A DNA stretch of 63,244 nucleotides, counting the filler, from Choristocarpus tenellus KU-1152 (Eukaryota; Protista; Phaeophyceae), in NCBI GenBank assembly GCA_964200185.2. It is 13 parts of 13 records of this genome, joined end to end, with 100 filler letters (N's around TTAATTAATTAA, not from the genome) between each part and the next. Parts side by side here need not be neighbours in the genome. Positions count along the whole stretch, not along the records: positions 38,209 to 44,257 come from CAXNAD020009073.1; positions 44,358 to 47,022 come from CAXNAD020025825.1; positions 47,123 to 50,228 come from CAXNAD020022287.1; positions 50,329 to 52,898 come from CAXNAD020026681.1; 9 more parts are not named here. The stretch is one strand, 5' to 3'. Below the pieces are notes generated by a model. That model was not told the origin of the DNA and did no database searches. It was given only the letters and a program-made list of their open reading frames with translations. Position numbers and translations under genes: made by a program. Positions 38,209-51,215 of this stretch are shown piece after piece (the first letter of the stretch is position 1; every line of letters starts with the position of its first letter).

Positions 38209-39860
38209 GTAAACGAGCTTGTCTTCCAAACAGAAGGAAACATGGGGTTTCATGCAACTTTGCATTGAATGCTGTGTTATGGGCTAACTGTACGCCAGGC
38301 AATAACGATGCCCAGTTATCCTCAGCAACAGATATATATATATATATATATACATTGCTAGCATAGAATGCAACGTAGCATGTACTCTCTCCAACACAGA
38401 ATTTCCTTGGGGATGAAACGGTGTGGTTTCGGTTTTCTTGTAACCAAAGACCGACTGCAACTCTGCAACAATACAGTTTTCAAATTCGGTACCTTGATCA
38501 GAGTGTAACGACTCAGGTGGACCAAAAATTGAAAATACACATTCTACCAGCGTACGAGCAATTGTTGCGGCCTCTTTATTTGGAATAGGGCTCAGCACAA
38601 CAAAACGAGTGAGGTGATCAATGGCAGAAAACACATACGAGCACATGACACCATTTGCTGCTGGGGAACGTGTTTTGTACTCTACCAAGTCAATAGCAAC
38701 ACGTTGAAATAGTCTGTCAACGGGCATATGACCAGTAGGAAGCATAGGCTTCTTATGAGCAGTCTTACGTGTTTGGGGCATGCTTGACAATCGTGACACC
38801 ATGTACGAACGTCGATATTGAATGTTGGCCACCAATACGAGTCTCTAACCTTATCGAACGTGGATTTGAAACCTAAGTGACCTCCAGACAATGCATGGTC
38901 ATGACAAGCATGGAGTACAAGACGGACTAACGAGTGAGGAACGACCAACTGGTCTCTAAACGTGCTCCTCTTACGAAGGTGGCCTGGTAAATACGAATGA
39001 TCCAGTAAGCCATTACGAAGGAAAAAATACGACATAGACATCGTTGATTCCTTATCAGGCAGTGGGGCGACGTTGGGGGACTGTCAATACCTGAAATATG
39101 GTCCGAACTCGGATTCCTGCTCCTTGCGCAATTCCTCCGGGTCCACACAGAACACGAAGGAGTGGTGCTTGTATCACGTACTTGAGTGGGGCTCCTTGTC
39201 ATGTGATGTCTTGCTGGAATAGTACACGAACTGTTATGAAATAAAAGACGGTTGTTGTTGCCGATCAAGGATTGCACCGAATGCCTGCATAACACTATTA
39301 TCAAGCAGAATTTTATCGGGACCAAGTTGGGTAATCACTAAAGCTTCAACTGGCAATGTGGTGTCACCAAGTGTAAGTGCAAAACGAATAAATCCACGGA
39401 TATGCAAAGGTGAACCATTTGCTGCACCTAGATTTATTGCACCAGGTGGGACAGGATGCACATCAAAACGTTTGAGTTGAGGGTGATTGCGAACAAATAT
39501 TTCTGAAATACTGTCAATTGTCAAGTCGTTTTCCTCTTGTTCGTCAACGGTGCCAGATACACGCACCCTTTGTGATGAAAACCGACAAAGGTTTGGGCAT
39601 GGATGGATATCTGCACAAAGAATGTTGAACCAAGTTTCATTATTATTGCACGAGTTTGGTTGGACTAATGGCAAAGAAAAATGTTTAGTGACACACGTGC
39701 AGGCAATAAATGATGCCCCACTACCTCTACCTCTTCTGCGAAACGTGTCCTCTTGTGGCCCCCTGCTTTCCGAGAGAGGTTCTGCCTTCACGTAATAATA
39801 CTTTACGGGTTTTTGCATCAAGACAGAAACGTGTGCGCTCGGAGCTTTGGTGCACAAAGA
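38209..39860 (-). mobile_element. Decayed Ty3/Gypsy element related to the 21.7-25 kb copy; protease joined to integrase, RT/RNase H absent
   Basis: Protease region (LGAANGSPLHIRG...ILLDNSVMQAFGAILD) lies about 200 bp from the integrase region (SYLPGHLRKRSTFRDQLVVP, HDHALSGGHLG, YWWP, CHDCQAC, AIDLVEY, LHSDQGTEFEN, TTPFHPQGNSVLER). Confidence 0.9.
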
Positions 39861-40311
39861 GAGGACAACTCTTCCCCCAAAACATCGGGGTCATTCCAGA
39901 GTAACACAGGCGCACCGCAGCAGGAGATCTTTTCAGTACACATATCCCCTCAAACACGTACAAAAACACCGATGGATCCAAATGTATCTTGTCTTGGACC
40001 GCCACCAAACACTTCATCCATGATACCAACGCCCAAATAACACACAACAGTAAATTCTCACGTGCATATTTATGCCCATCTGAGGGAAACAATGAAGGCA
40101 TTTGCTTCTAAATCGCAATCTACACACGTTTTTACACTTTTTTAGAACAAAAAAACGAACAAAAATACATGAAAAAGCCCTTCGTCGCCTAAATATTCAA
40201 GGCCTCAAATGGACAAACAGGGAAAATACTGTACCCTCTCAGATACTTTCACTCCCATGTCTAAGGGGTTGGATAGTTTGTTGTACACATGTGGTTCAAA
40301 TGTACACCTGA

Positions 40312-40480
40312 GGTGTAAAGCAATTCGTTTGAAGTAGGTATTCAACTGGAAGATTGACTCCATTAGGGTGTCCAATGAGGCTACGTCTAGGCTAGTTGCT
40401 CAGGGTTTTGACCAGGAGTATGGCCTTGATTACTTAATTCTAGACCTCTGCCCCTACACCTTTCCCTTCATCTGTTCAGC
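40312..40480 (+). mobile_element. Ty1/Copia reverse transcriptase relic
   Basis: GVKAIRLK*VFNWKIDS...SRLVAQGFDQEYGLDY matches the Copia RT motif G.K.I..KWVF.WK....KARLVAQGF.Q..G.DY. Confidence 0.75.
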
Positions 40481-42995
40481 TGGTGGCCGGTATGACATGC
40501 GAGTTGGACCAGAGAATATGACTCTTAGATACACAGCAGGCTTTTTTTCCAATTTGATTTGGATGAGAAGGCCCATCTGCACATCCGACAGGGAAGTGAT
40601 CATCTTCCTTGCACAACCGTGCACCTCCTTAGGTCCCTGTGTGGTTGAGGTAAGCGTCAAAGACTTGGAATACCAAGCTGGTTTCCACTCTTAGCGCAAT
40701 GGTTTTTGATTCAATTAGTTCTATATCTACCATAACGCACTTGCCTCATTTTCCATAGTGGTGTGGGTTTTATACAACCTGACCCACACGCCACAACTGT
40801 GTAATGTGTCGCCTATTTGCGTTGTTTTTCGTAACATTTGCTACTGTTTTTTCTTTTACTGTGTGAATGCATCTTCATGTCCATCATTATCATCAATGCT
40901 TAGCCTCTACACAACACTTAGTATGACAAAATATCTGCAGGTGAGGGTCGTACAAAGCACATGCACCCCCCTTCACATATTTTTGTATGAAATAGCAGCA
41001 TATAATTTTCGAGTGTAGATTCCAGGCAACCACCTTCAATCCTCCTCAAAATACAAATGCACTTTTGTATGTACATATCCTTGTTTACCGATATGGAATG
41101 GACTGCAAATATGTACAGCACTTTCTATATGTAGAGTTGTCGGTACTTTTGCTTCACGAACTGAAAAAGAACCACAAATAAAACTGTATTAACAGCAAAT
41201 GTCATGTTGTGTTTATCTGCCCCAAAACCCCTATCACGACCACACCACAAATAAAGGGATGTGAGGCAAGTGCATTATAGCTAGCTGGGCAATCATCGCC
41301 AAGTTTGACACGGAGATGTACTTCCAAGACAACCGGTTATGAAAGAGTACTCAACACACCAGAAATGTTTGTCACACCTGACCTATACCATGTAACTTGT
41401 GGGTCAGCCTTTATCATACAAACTTCAAAACTCGTTTTACTGACACATGTATAGAATGATTTTTCCAACAAAAGCATGGGTAGAAATGATAAACATAGAA
41501 TACAGGAGAGCTTTGGCTTGGGCAGCTATTAAATATTTTGAAAATATATACATATAGAGAGACAAATCGCACACACTTGTAGTGTGCGGGTCACAAATTC
41601 AATCCAAGCACCACCCCTTAAACTATGGTGGTATATGCATTAGCTCTCCAATCAAAAGAAGCACACACCAACATGCACAATAGACAAATGAAATCTCTCT
41701 ACAATCTTAGAAACATGTCGTGTTGTTCCATATATATTGGATCCATCACTTGAACTACTGGTTATGATTGAGGGCCGGACGGTGGATCTAAACGGCTGTA
41801 GCCCTCTCGATCCAGGGTTCTATTTGTCGAACCTCCTAAGATGTCACTCGCCCCTTATCCTTCCCCTTCTTTAATTCGTACTACGTAGTATAACAGTTCC
41901 CAACTGCATACAACGATCCACCTGCAGGCGAGTTGAGACTCCTCTCCACTCACAAATTCTGCAAAGCGTTGTTGATCAACCCCAGATTCCTAATCGGTTC
42001 CAGAGATAACATGCCCAAGAATAGATGTCTCACATTACAGGTCTTTGCCCAAGCGCTCTATTCTTCTGCACAGGTAATCTGTTCACACCTTGTGGAGTAG
42101 CCAAAGGTGCAACAGCGATCCAGGAGGTAGACCATTACCCTCACCCGTCACCACCTATTTGTGAAGGATGCCGGTCTACCATTGAATTGGCGCCTCTCAG
42201 AAAAATCACTAACACTTGGTAAATTCCCCATTGGTGCCTGGCAATAATGATGAAGGAATGTGTGAGGACCTGTCCCAGAAGCGTAGTCGCTCACAAAAGA
42301 AAGGGAAAGTTTCACCATCGCACTCCAACATGCACTTCCTGGAAGTGCCAACCTCACCTCACTCTCCAGCTTCACTAGCGTGTACTAGCCATCCCTCCAT
42401 CCCTGTTTGGCAAACAAAACGCCTCTTGCACTTACGTTGACATGAACATCACCACGTTTATGGACGTATTATGTGTTTTGTGTATACCCTTTTTTAGACA
42501 TATTCTTTGTGTGATCTCTGCTATGGGGCCTGGTTCTGTGTGATGGGGAGTGATGAGAAACACCAGAGATGAGGTTCACAAAGGAAGTGAAAGATGAGAC
42601 TGATGCATGCTGGTTGTATGTTAATAACCTCAGAGTGGCATGCGGATCAATCTCTACAGTGATTGGTTGTGACCAGTCAGAACAGAAACACAATCTGATG
42701 CTTTACTGGATTGAATCCATCGTTCATGTTGGGGTTACCATGATCCGATCGTGTGTCTGACCTACACCACATCACCTGGGTTGACCTCAATGGCAAAAAG
42801 TGGAGCACGCAAGTGTGTATGACTGCGCACATTATCCTCATCAATGTTGGGAGATCCAAAAAGGGGACTTGTCCCTGACATTACCACCACCCAGTGTGGA
42901 TTCCATCCGAAACGATCACAAAAGTGGCTGGCCAGCACTTCGTATCGGACAGGTCCTTCTTCGGGAGAAAAAAAACATCCTGGTGGTTGAATCAA

Positions 42996-43113
42996 GAATC
43001 AAAGTATCTGGGGGGTGGGAGTGGTTTGAGAAGGGGCGTCCGTTTCAGTCCCGATGAGGTGTTCATAACTTTTTGGAATTGCTGTCTTCAGTCGTGGACG
43101 GATACTTTGACTC
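42996..43113. mobile_element. Short (118 bp) element with the same MITE termini, no TSD
   Basis: GAATCAAAGTATCTGGGGGG ... GGATACTTTGACTC. Confidence 0.6.
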
Positions 43114-44902
43114 AGGGTTTGTCCTTTTTTTTATGTATTTTGGAATAAGATGCATATAGGACCTGCGCTTGGTGCTTGAGTGGGTGTAGACTGTGTGATT
43201 ATGGCTTAAGGAAGTTGCGGTTGGGTTCAAATTTTGGAGTTGGATGGTTGCTGCCGTTTGGATTGGGTGTGGAAGAGGGGTCATCTGTTGTAAAAATTTC
43301 GCCTTGTGTTTTAGATGGTAGTATGGAGTACGAGATGCTTCTGCGTCTACGTTATTTTAGCAAGGTTTTCAATGGCTCTTATGTCTGAGCGACACAAAGA
43401 GGGGAGGAAGAAGGTTTGTGGGTTGCATACTCCGTGTGATGTTCCTGGACAAATCAGGTGCACTTGGGTTAGGGTTAGTTGTTGGGTTAGACAATGAGTC
43501 GATTGCTGTTTGCACCACGTTGCATACAGGTTGGAGGGTTGATTGTGTGAGATCGACAGTCTTAGCACGGTGTGCATGGTTATGGTGGGAAGGGTTCGCA
43601 GAGTGAGTGAAGACACAACCATTGTGGTGAAATGGTTGTAGAATGGGGTTATCACAATAGGGTTGGCCGTAGGACAAACACATAAAAATATAGTATTGCA
43701 AGGCCCGTCCCTACCTGCAGGATACGGGTGAGGACTCCGAGCATTACACGCGCATGACAACATCGGTAACCCAGTGCAACCAATACTGTCTGCAAGACAT
43801 AGACTTCCGGAGTGCCCACGCCACATTCCATACGGCAATAAAAAGGAGGGTTGCTGCGAAGATCAAGGCATTCCTCACGGAAGTGTGGGAGGACACCAAA
43901 ATGGAAAATGGAATCAAGAGGGCGATCCGGACTCTGAGTCTGCCGCCCAGACTGAGGAAGAATGGGCATCGCAACCATGGAAAATCAAAAGGGCATGCTT
44001 GAGGAGAATGCACCTCAAGGATGTCTTCATTGAAAGGGCTGTCCTCGAGGTCACTGTTGTTAAAGTATCCCCAAAACCATCAAAGAGGATCAAGGTGATA
44101 AACCCAGCGAGATTGCGTGGTGTCTGTAGAGTGATTGATTAAATTTAGGTTGGGGCATGCAGCACTCCATAACAACGGTAATATTCCTTTTTATATGAGA
44201 AATTTCCCATAACCTAATAGCTAGTAAAAGGTTCTGATAACTCAACCACTAATTGATNNNNNNNNNNNNNNNNNNNNNNNNNNNNNNNNNNNNNNNNNNN
44301 NTTAATTAATTAANNNNNNNNNNNNNNNNNNNNNNNNNNNNNNNNNNNNNNNNNNNNATCCTCATAGTCCCACTCCATCCTCAATTTTGCGAATCCCCTG
44401 TTAATTGGAGGAGTCGAACTTCATACAAAATCATATAATAGAAAAAGGCTCTATAGAGGCAGTGTTGACATATATAGACAAATAAGGACGTGAAAGATGA
44501 GAAGGAAACCATTGTGTAGAGGTGATGGTTGACAGATATCTTTCACAATGATGCCAATAACTAGTTATCGACAGTTCCTGATATAGGGGTTTTGTGATAG
44601 TGGTTTGACTTTTTCCTGACACATGTACAAAATGTCCAAAAGCATAATAATATACTCTTTTTTCATTGGTTTTTCCCCTGACACATATTGTACTTTCCAG
44701 GCAGGGAAGAGAAAATAGCATAAACCATATCCAGATATGTCGAGTGAAGACATCATAATATGATGCGAAAAGACTACAAATGTAACACCATGCTATAAGA
44801 TTCGAATTCCTGCATTATTGGGGGAATATGTGGAAATGGAATATCTTGGAATTGTTGTTGTAATCGCCAGCTAGTTGGTGTTGTGGGTAAAGGTTTTCGC
44901 CA

Positions 44903-45335
44903 GCGATGTCCATTCTACCTGTGTACAGAAACGAAGTAAGCGCTGAAGGTGTTGTGAGTGATGTCCATGACGTTCTGGATACATGAAAAATGTGCAGTTC
45001 TGGGGTGGAGTCAAGGTGTGGGTCGCGATTTCCATGTCATCTTGGTACACGAACGGAACAGGCGGTGAGGTTGTAGATCGTGGTGTCCATGTCGTCTGTA
45101 TACACGACCGAAGTAGTGTTGGGGTTGTTGTGAGTGATGCCCATAACGTTCTGCATACATGAACGACGTGCTCCTCTGTGGTTGTAAGTAGTGCTGTCCA
45201 TGGCGCCAGCCGACACGAACTAAGTACTGCTCTGCGATTTGAAGTAGTGATGTCCATGGTGTCTTGGACTACGAAGTGCTGCTCTGCGGTTGCAAGTGGT
45301 GATGTCCATGGCGTCTTCGTACACGAACGGACTGG
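44903..45335. repeat. Degenerate tandem array, period about 52-67 bp, 8 units with core GATGTCCATGNCGTCTNNNTACACGAAC
   Basis: The core recurs near 44906, 44960, 45027, 45082, 45136, 45193, 45248, 45301. Confidence 0.75.
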
Positions 45336-45562
45336 GTGTTTATGTTGTAGGTAGCTATGTCCCTGGCGGTGTGCGTACTCGAGCGAATAAAACACAGCTT
45401 CCCTGATGGTGTGTTCGTACAGATTAGCAACGCTGATGTGTGGCAAGAGTTGGAGATAGGGCGATGGATGGACGTGATTCCTGGTATAAGGAGGGTTGTG
45501 GGAGAAAATTGTGTGTTAGGATCCATTTGGACCTGAAGGTGGCCATGAGAAAGTTGGATTGG

Positions 45563-45805
45563 AGGGGGTCCTGGGCAGGTGCTGTGATGAGGTGAGGGGG
45601 GTCTTGGGCAGGTGCTCTGTGATGTGGTAGGGGGGGTCTTGAGCAATTTCTGTGGTAGGTGGAGGTGGGTCTTGAGCAGGTTCTGTGATGTGTTGTGGTG
45701 GGTCTTGAGCAGTTGCTGTGATGTGTTGTGGTGGGTCTTGGGCAGGTTCTGATATGTGTGTATAGGGGTGGTCTTGAGCAGTTGCTGTGATGTTTTGTAG
45801 TGGGT
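45563..45805. repeat. 33-bp G/T-rich minisatellite (GGGTCTTGAGCAG.TNCTGTGATGTGTTGTGGT), about 7 copies
   Basis: Direct reading. Confidence 0.88.
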
Positions 45806-47325
45806 TGGGGGCATCGGATGGTGGTCAGGTTGGGACAGGAGGACAGTTTGGAAAATGGTGCAGGTGGTGTCCAGGTTGGTGACAGTAGCTGCAGTGGAGA
45901 GCTTGACCAGTAGGAGAAATGTTACAGTGTGCCCCCCAGAACTCACCTCCACAGGATACGCAACTCAAATCCAACGACCTTAAAACGACACTATGGGAAC
46001 GTTGCCCATGATAACAGTTTGTAGGGTGTCAGGTATCCTTCTCTCTTGATATTCCATTCAGTACTTAGCTCAAAGCTCGACTCAAAGTTTCCTTCAAGAT
46101 AAAGAAAAGACTGGTAGGTAAGAGAGGTCAAGGTGTTTCACCAAAAGCCCTCTTATTATTTTCATCATCCACCCAATTTCTTTGGTCTTCTATGCAACTG
46201 CTCTACACGTACTCCGCATCATAAACCTTTATTCTGCAACTTCTTAGGGACTTTGACATTTTCTTGTATAATGTTACTTATGCATTCCGAACCTTACTCT
46301 ATATCTTCTATGAAATCATTTATTCTGTAAGGCTACCTATGTGTTACTAATTTAAATCCTTTGATTTGTGAGGATGTGCCCCAACGTGCATAACTCAGCT
46401 TAATGGCAGGAGCACCCATTGATTTTCGAGAAATTGTCTATATCCACAAGTCAGATTTGACTTGTCCCACGTGTGAATACATGTATGTAGGAGTGTAGCA
46501 TACACCATTACAATCCCTCCCTTTTTTTGCATAGTATATGTTAGTTTACTTTTTTTTGCAGGAGGTATGGTATGTATTATATTTGTATGTAGCGTGTGTA
46601 TCGTATCTCATACATCGCACATCATACATACTACTAATACTTCAACTGCTACCACTACTCTACGCATTCCTTCATCTGTCTGGTTAGATGCATTATGATG
46701 ATGTACAGAAAGCATTGACGATCACTCATCTTCATAGTGAGTGTTGGTCCTAGACCTGATGCCTCCTTCTCTCTCATTCCTCCAACATTACTTTTATCTA
46801 TTTTTTTTCCTTACCGTTATAATTATAACCTTTGTTACTGTTATTGTAAATGGTAATAGTAGTAGTAGAAGTAGTAGTAGACTGTCTGGTAATACGTTTT
46901 GCAATTGCAGACATGGATGAAACATGAAGTTATTACACGAGATAGAAATGGAGAAAGGACTTTCCCAAATATGTTACAGGCGCCCCTCAATGCTCACCTT
47001 CCAGGATGTACAACTCAAATCCNNNNNNNNNNNNNNNNNNNNNNNNNNNNNNNNNNNNNNNNNNNNTTAATTAATTAANNNNNNNNNNNNNNNNNNNNNN
47101 NNNNNNNNNNNNNNNNNNNNNNTCCCCTACAACCACCCGACTGATCTCCTCGCCCTGCGGCTGCTGTTCTGTCCTACAGGACTGTGGCTGCTGTTGGAAT
47201 TTTTTTTTTTTTTTTTTGGGGGGGGTTGTTGCCACAAAGAAGATGGGGTTGACATGGTTGTACCAAATGTACCCCAATGAATCAAGCAATTTAGATTTAG
47301 TGTTTTGCGTAAACTAGGGTTAGGG

Positions 47326-50228
47326 TTAATCTGGCACACTTTCCTGCAAAAAACCCAACAAATTGGTGGGAAAATCTCCCCTGCATTATTCTCCTTACGG
47401 TATCATCTAAAAAACAAACAAAAAGTAACGTGGATATTAGTCGAAGTCCCAACACTTAGTTCCTTTTCCCTCCTCTAATCATACTGAAAGGCTTGCAACC
47501 TTGTACTTACAATTGAAACACTTACTTAACAGGGGCAACAACTCCCTTACAATAATTCTTGAAGCACAATCAATGACCTTACTCTACCCCTACGGTGAGA
47601 ACTACAACTAAAGCACAAAAAACAAATGTCCCCCCCCTCCGCCCTCCGCCCTCCCCCACCTTCCCTTCCCCGATAACTCCTCGACATCCCTGAAACCCAC
47701 TCAATACCTCAATGACATACACCTCACCTTGCTAACTTCAATCATGAGAGCATTGAGCACCACCTCCCCTGTCTCCGACTGACTTAACCGGTGCTTGGCC
47801 AGCAGAGGGTCCAACATCTTAAGTTCAGGGCAGGACAGGTCGTTCCTCCTCAATGCCGACGCCAACGCCTGCAGCACACACAAATCCCCAGGCAAGAGAA
47901 GAAAAAAAAGAAACATTTAGAACGTGGTAAGCATGTAGTAACAACATGGTGGATAAGAGCCAGTATATTCAAGGTGCACAAAGGTCGTACTTAAGAGAAG
48001 GTATAGCATATCGATACGAGCAGGAAGGGGCATATTGATGACGGGATTGGACAAGGTCTATAAAAAGTAGATTACTTGTTACTCAAGTCATAGCCCATCA
48101 TGCTCAAGTGAATGTGGCCATGAAAACAATCTTATTGGTCGTCTGCCGAGCTCAGTATTAATACGCCTCCCAGGATCTGATATCATAATTCAAGGACAGG
48201 GCGGCGGGATGTATCTCCTTGATGCTGCAAATTCGTGCTCATTCTTATAGGACAACCTAGCCGTTGCTTCTATCTTCAATTGGACGGATACCCTTCTTGA
48301 GAAAGTGGCCTCCATGTCTTGGGGTCGTGGACACAGCACCAACACCGCTGGTTTCTGAGCGTTGCTGGCAGAAACATTCCCTCCAAGCCTCTTTGCAAAA
48401 GGTCTTCGTGGTGTGTATGGGAGTTTCTTGTTTTGTTTCTATTTCTCTTCTACTTTTCTCCTGATTTTTGCAGCTATTTTGTTCCTCTCCACGCCTCTCC
48501 TTCTCTATCATGCTACCATTCTGACCATGCGTCAATGCAAATTGGACGTTAAAGAAACAACGACAATCGTGCCTATTATTTTCCTTTTTTTAAATTGAGC
48601 TGTGTCGCCTCTTTTAATAGGAATATTGACAGGCGCAGTGCGGTCTCATCTTCTACGACATCATCACTGGCAGACCTATTTCTAAATTTCGTTACGGTTG
48701 AGAAAAAAAACAACTAGTGTACTACATAGTACATTTATCTCAAAAAGAAGGAGGCGATTCGAGACTTATCATCCTATGCTACCTATCATAATTCACTCAT
48801 TCATGAGCAAAACCTCGAGAGCACTCCATAAAAAGCCACACAAGTCCCTTGAAATATCATAGAATGATTTGGAGGTGTGCATCCCTGAGAACAAAGAATG
48901 TAGTTACGTACGCATGCAGCAAAAAACCGCGGTCATAGTAACAAAAACACCATCGCTCCAGTAACAACCCCCCCCCCNNNNNNNNNNATTAACATCACAC
49001 CCACAAAAAAAACCCCCGGCAAAAAAAAAAAAAAACCCCCCCCCCCCCCACCCCCCCCCCCCCCCCCCCCCCAACAAAACGCAAACTCACTTGTCTGTTC
49101 CACCTGGCGTTGTGCCTCCCCACATCCTCCTGCACCCAATTGTCCCAGTGCTGCCGAAGCATTGTATCCTGTTCACACGACCCAACCACACAAGAAGAGG
49201 GGAAGTGAAGTACACCCCAAAAAGTAGCACACACACACACACACACATAAAACAAGAGTACAATACAGCTAGGACAACCACCATGGCAATTAGGGCGGGT
49301 ACAAGCTCTTGTACATACAAGTGATCATCCAAAGTATAAATCTACACTCCAGTCATAATTGCACACCCACAAACCAATATCCTGCCTTTCCAACACAAAT
49401 AACAAATTATACATACTCCAAAATCTCTTCCAATCAACTGTAGGTCAGTCTCCCCCCCTCCCCCCCCCCCCCGCTGCTTGCACACACACAGAGACATTCA
49501 CACATAGACACATACATACATACAGTGGTACAGACACACACCTGAGGGGGATTCACAGAGAGGTCCTCAAACAATGCCAATAGAGAACGGGCCTCGGCAC
49601 TGGAGGGTGCCACTTCACCCCCCCGACGCTCTACTCCTACTGCATCGCCTTCGCCAGGCTCTGCTGTAGACCTAGCCTTTCTCCTCATACCATCAACTCT
49701 GCCACTCCCCTCATGTCTGTTGTCTTCATCAGATTGATCGCCGGACTCGTCTTGTAAGGTGGTGTGGTGTTGAATAGCCAGTTGGAAGATGGACAACGGA
49801 GTAGGGCATCATGTATATATCCATTAATACATACATACATACATACATACACAACAATGTATATTCCAATATGGGTGGGGTGTTGAAATGACAAGGGGAT
49901 AATCTACAGTCAGTGTACCAGAGATTTTACTTGAACAAGTACTATAAAAAAGAAATAACCAACATCTTCAATCTCCCTGAGCTTGGCCCCGACCCATTCC
50001 CTCAAAACGGACTCCCCCTCCCCCTAACACACCTTTGTTCAGAATGCCCTTTCGAAGATTGGTGAGCCAAGAGAGTGATGTTGATGAAGATCCCTGCTGC
50101 CAGCCCCCATCACCGCTCTTGGAAGGCACACCACTACCCATATCCCCCCCCCCCCCCCCGAAGCCGCTCCCCCCTACATCTTGCCCCCGCCCCCCCCCCC
50201 CCCCCGCCCCCCTAGCCACCCACGGGGG
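47326..50228 (-). CDS. Unidentified protein, 3' part: exons 50228(truncated)-50033, 49750-49542, 49341-49282, 47868-47728, 47343-47326 (stop)
   Basis: Five exons with GT-AG sites join in frame (phases 1,0,0,0): Gly-rich segment...LRKGILNKD...ARSLLALFEDLSVNPPQ|IYTLDDHLYVQELVPALIAM|ALASALRRNDLSCPELKMLDPLLAKHRL...VSK|ESVPD*. No family recognised. Confidence 0.6.
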
Positions 50229-50539
50229 NNNNNNNNNNNNNNNNNNNNNNNNNNNNNNNNNNNNNNNNNNNNTTAATTAATTAANNNNNNNNNNNNNNNN
50301 NNNNNNNNNNNNNNNNNNNNNNNNNNNNCCCCCGTTGACCCCCCCGCGTAGGAAGGGTGCCCAAGTGTCCCTGAATACCACCAGGGTTGCGCTTGCAGTG
50401 AGGCACGCCCTGGCGATGGTCCCTGGTGAGCATAAACTACCGCAACACGTTGGTCTGGGCCTCGCAGCGGATTTTGGAGTGCCCGAGTGTTCCGTGCGAG
50501 GGCTCTGGGAGGACGTCACCAATTAGCTTGCCCGTGGCC

Positions 50540-51215
50540 TCACGCTTGACCTAGGGGTGGCGGCATGTAGTGGGCGGCCTGCGGAGCTCACACTGACCAA
50601 GATGGCCGTAATACATAGTATCAACTCCGATAATCGATCGTCCACAGTGCGTCAGAGGTGACAACGAAGATGGCTGCCAAGGGGCTGAATTATAGCGCGA
50701 GCACCATAACAGGTGGTTGGATGATATGGGGGTCATGCCGAATCGCCACTGGATCAAACCCAAGCTTAATTCGTGGCAAAATTTATGGAGAATGGACTTG
50801 TTTGCGATCAAGTGGAGACCGGAAACGTGGTGTGAATGCCTCCATGGCGAACACGATCCATGTGGGTGAAACCTGGTTTTACGTGATGGCTGATGGGGAA
50901 AGGGTTCCCCTACTGTGCAGCACAAGAGTCATATCCCCAAAACCATTAACATTGCAACCAATGCCCGCCCAGATTCTGCTTACAGCTTTGATGGAAAGCT
51001 TGGTGTTTGGTGTGTGTGTGCACCAAAAACGGCAGACAGGACAAGCAAGAACCATAAAAGGAAGTATGTGTATGAGCAGGACTGTACTTTAGAGACCGTT
51101 TGTGGTACAGAAAGCAGTAAACAGAGGAGTTACTGCCTGCAATCTAGACCAAAGATGCCTTGGTTGCAGGGGAAGCACATTGTCGTTTAGCAAGACGGTG
51201 CCACCCCCCACACAG
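50540..51215 (+). mobile_element. Decayed Tc1/mariner transposase (plant/oomycete-type DD37-39D-like group)
   Basis: Frameshifted motifs: IHVGETWFY (=IHVDEKWFY), VQHKSHIPK, NARP, FDGKLGVW, ADRTSKN, LPAI..KMP, IVV*QDGATPH. Confidence 0.85.

Noticed and set aside
41800-44150. Possible Copia gag/integrase relics (also about 700-1500, 2700-3600, 16900-17700, 58700-59600)
   Set aside because: They look like decayed coding sequence, but the motifs are too eroded to call without a profile search.
44871-45952. 191-aa and 227-aa minus-strand ORFs with repeats
   Set aside because: They arise from C/A-rich tandem arrays that are poor in stop codons; the ~55-bp units shift frame; no supporting splice structure or family motif.
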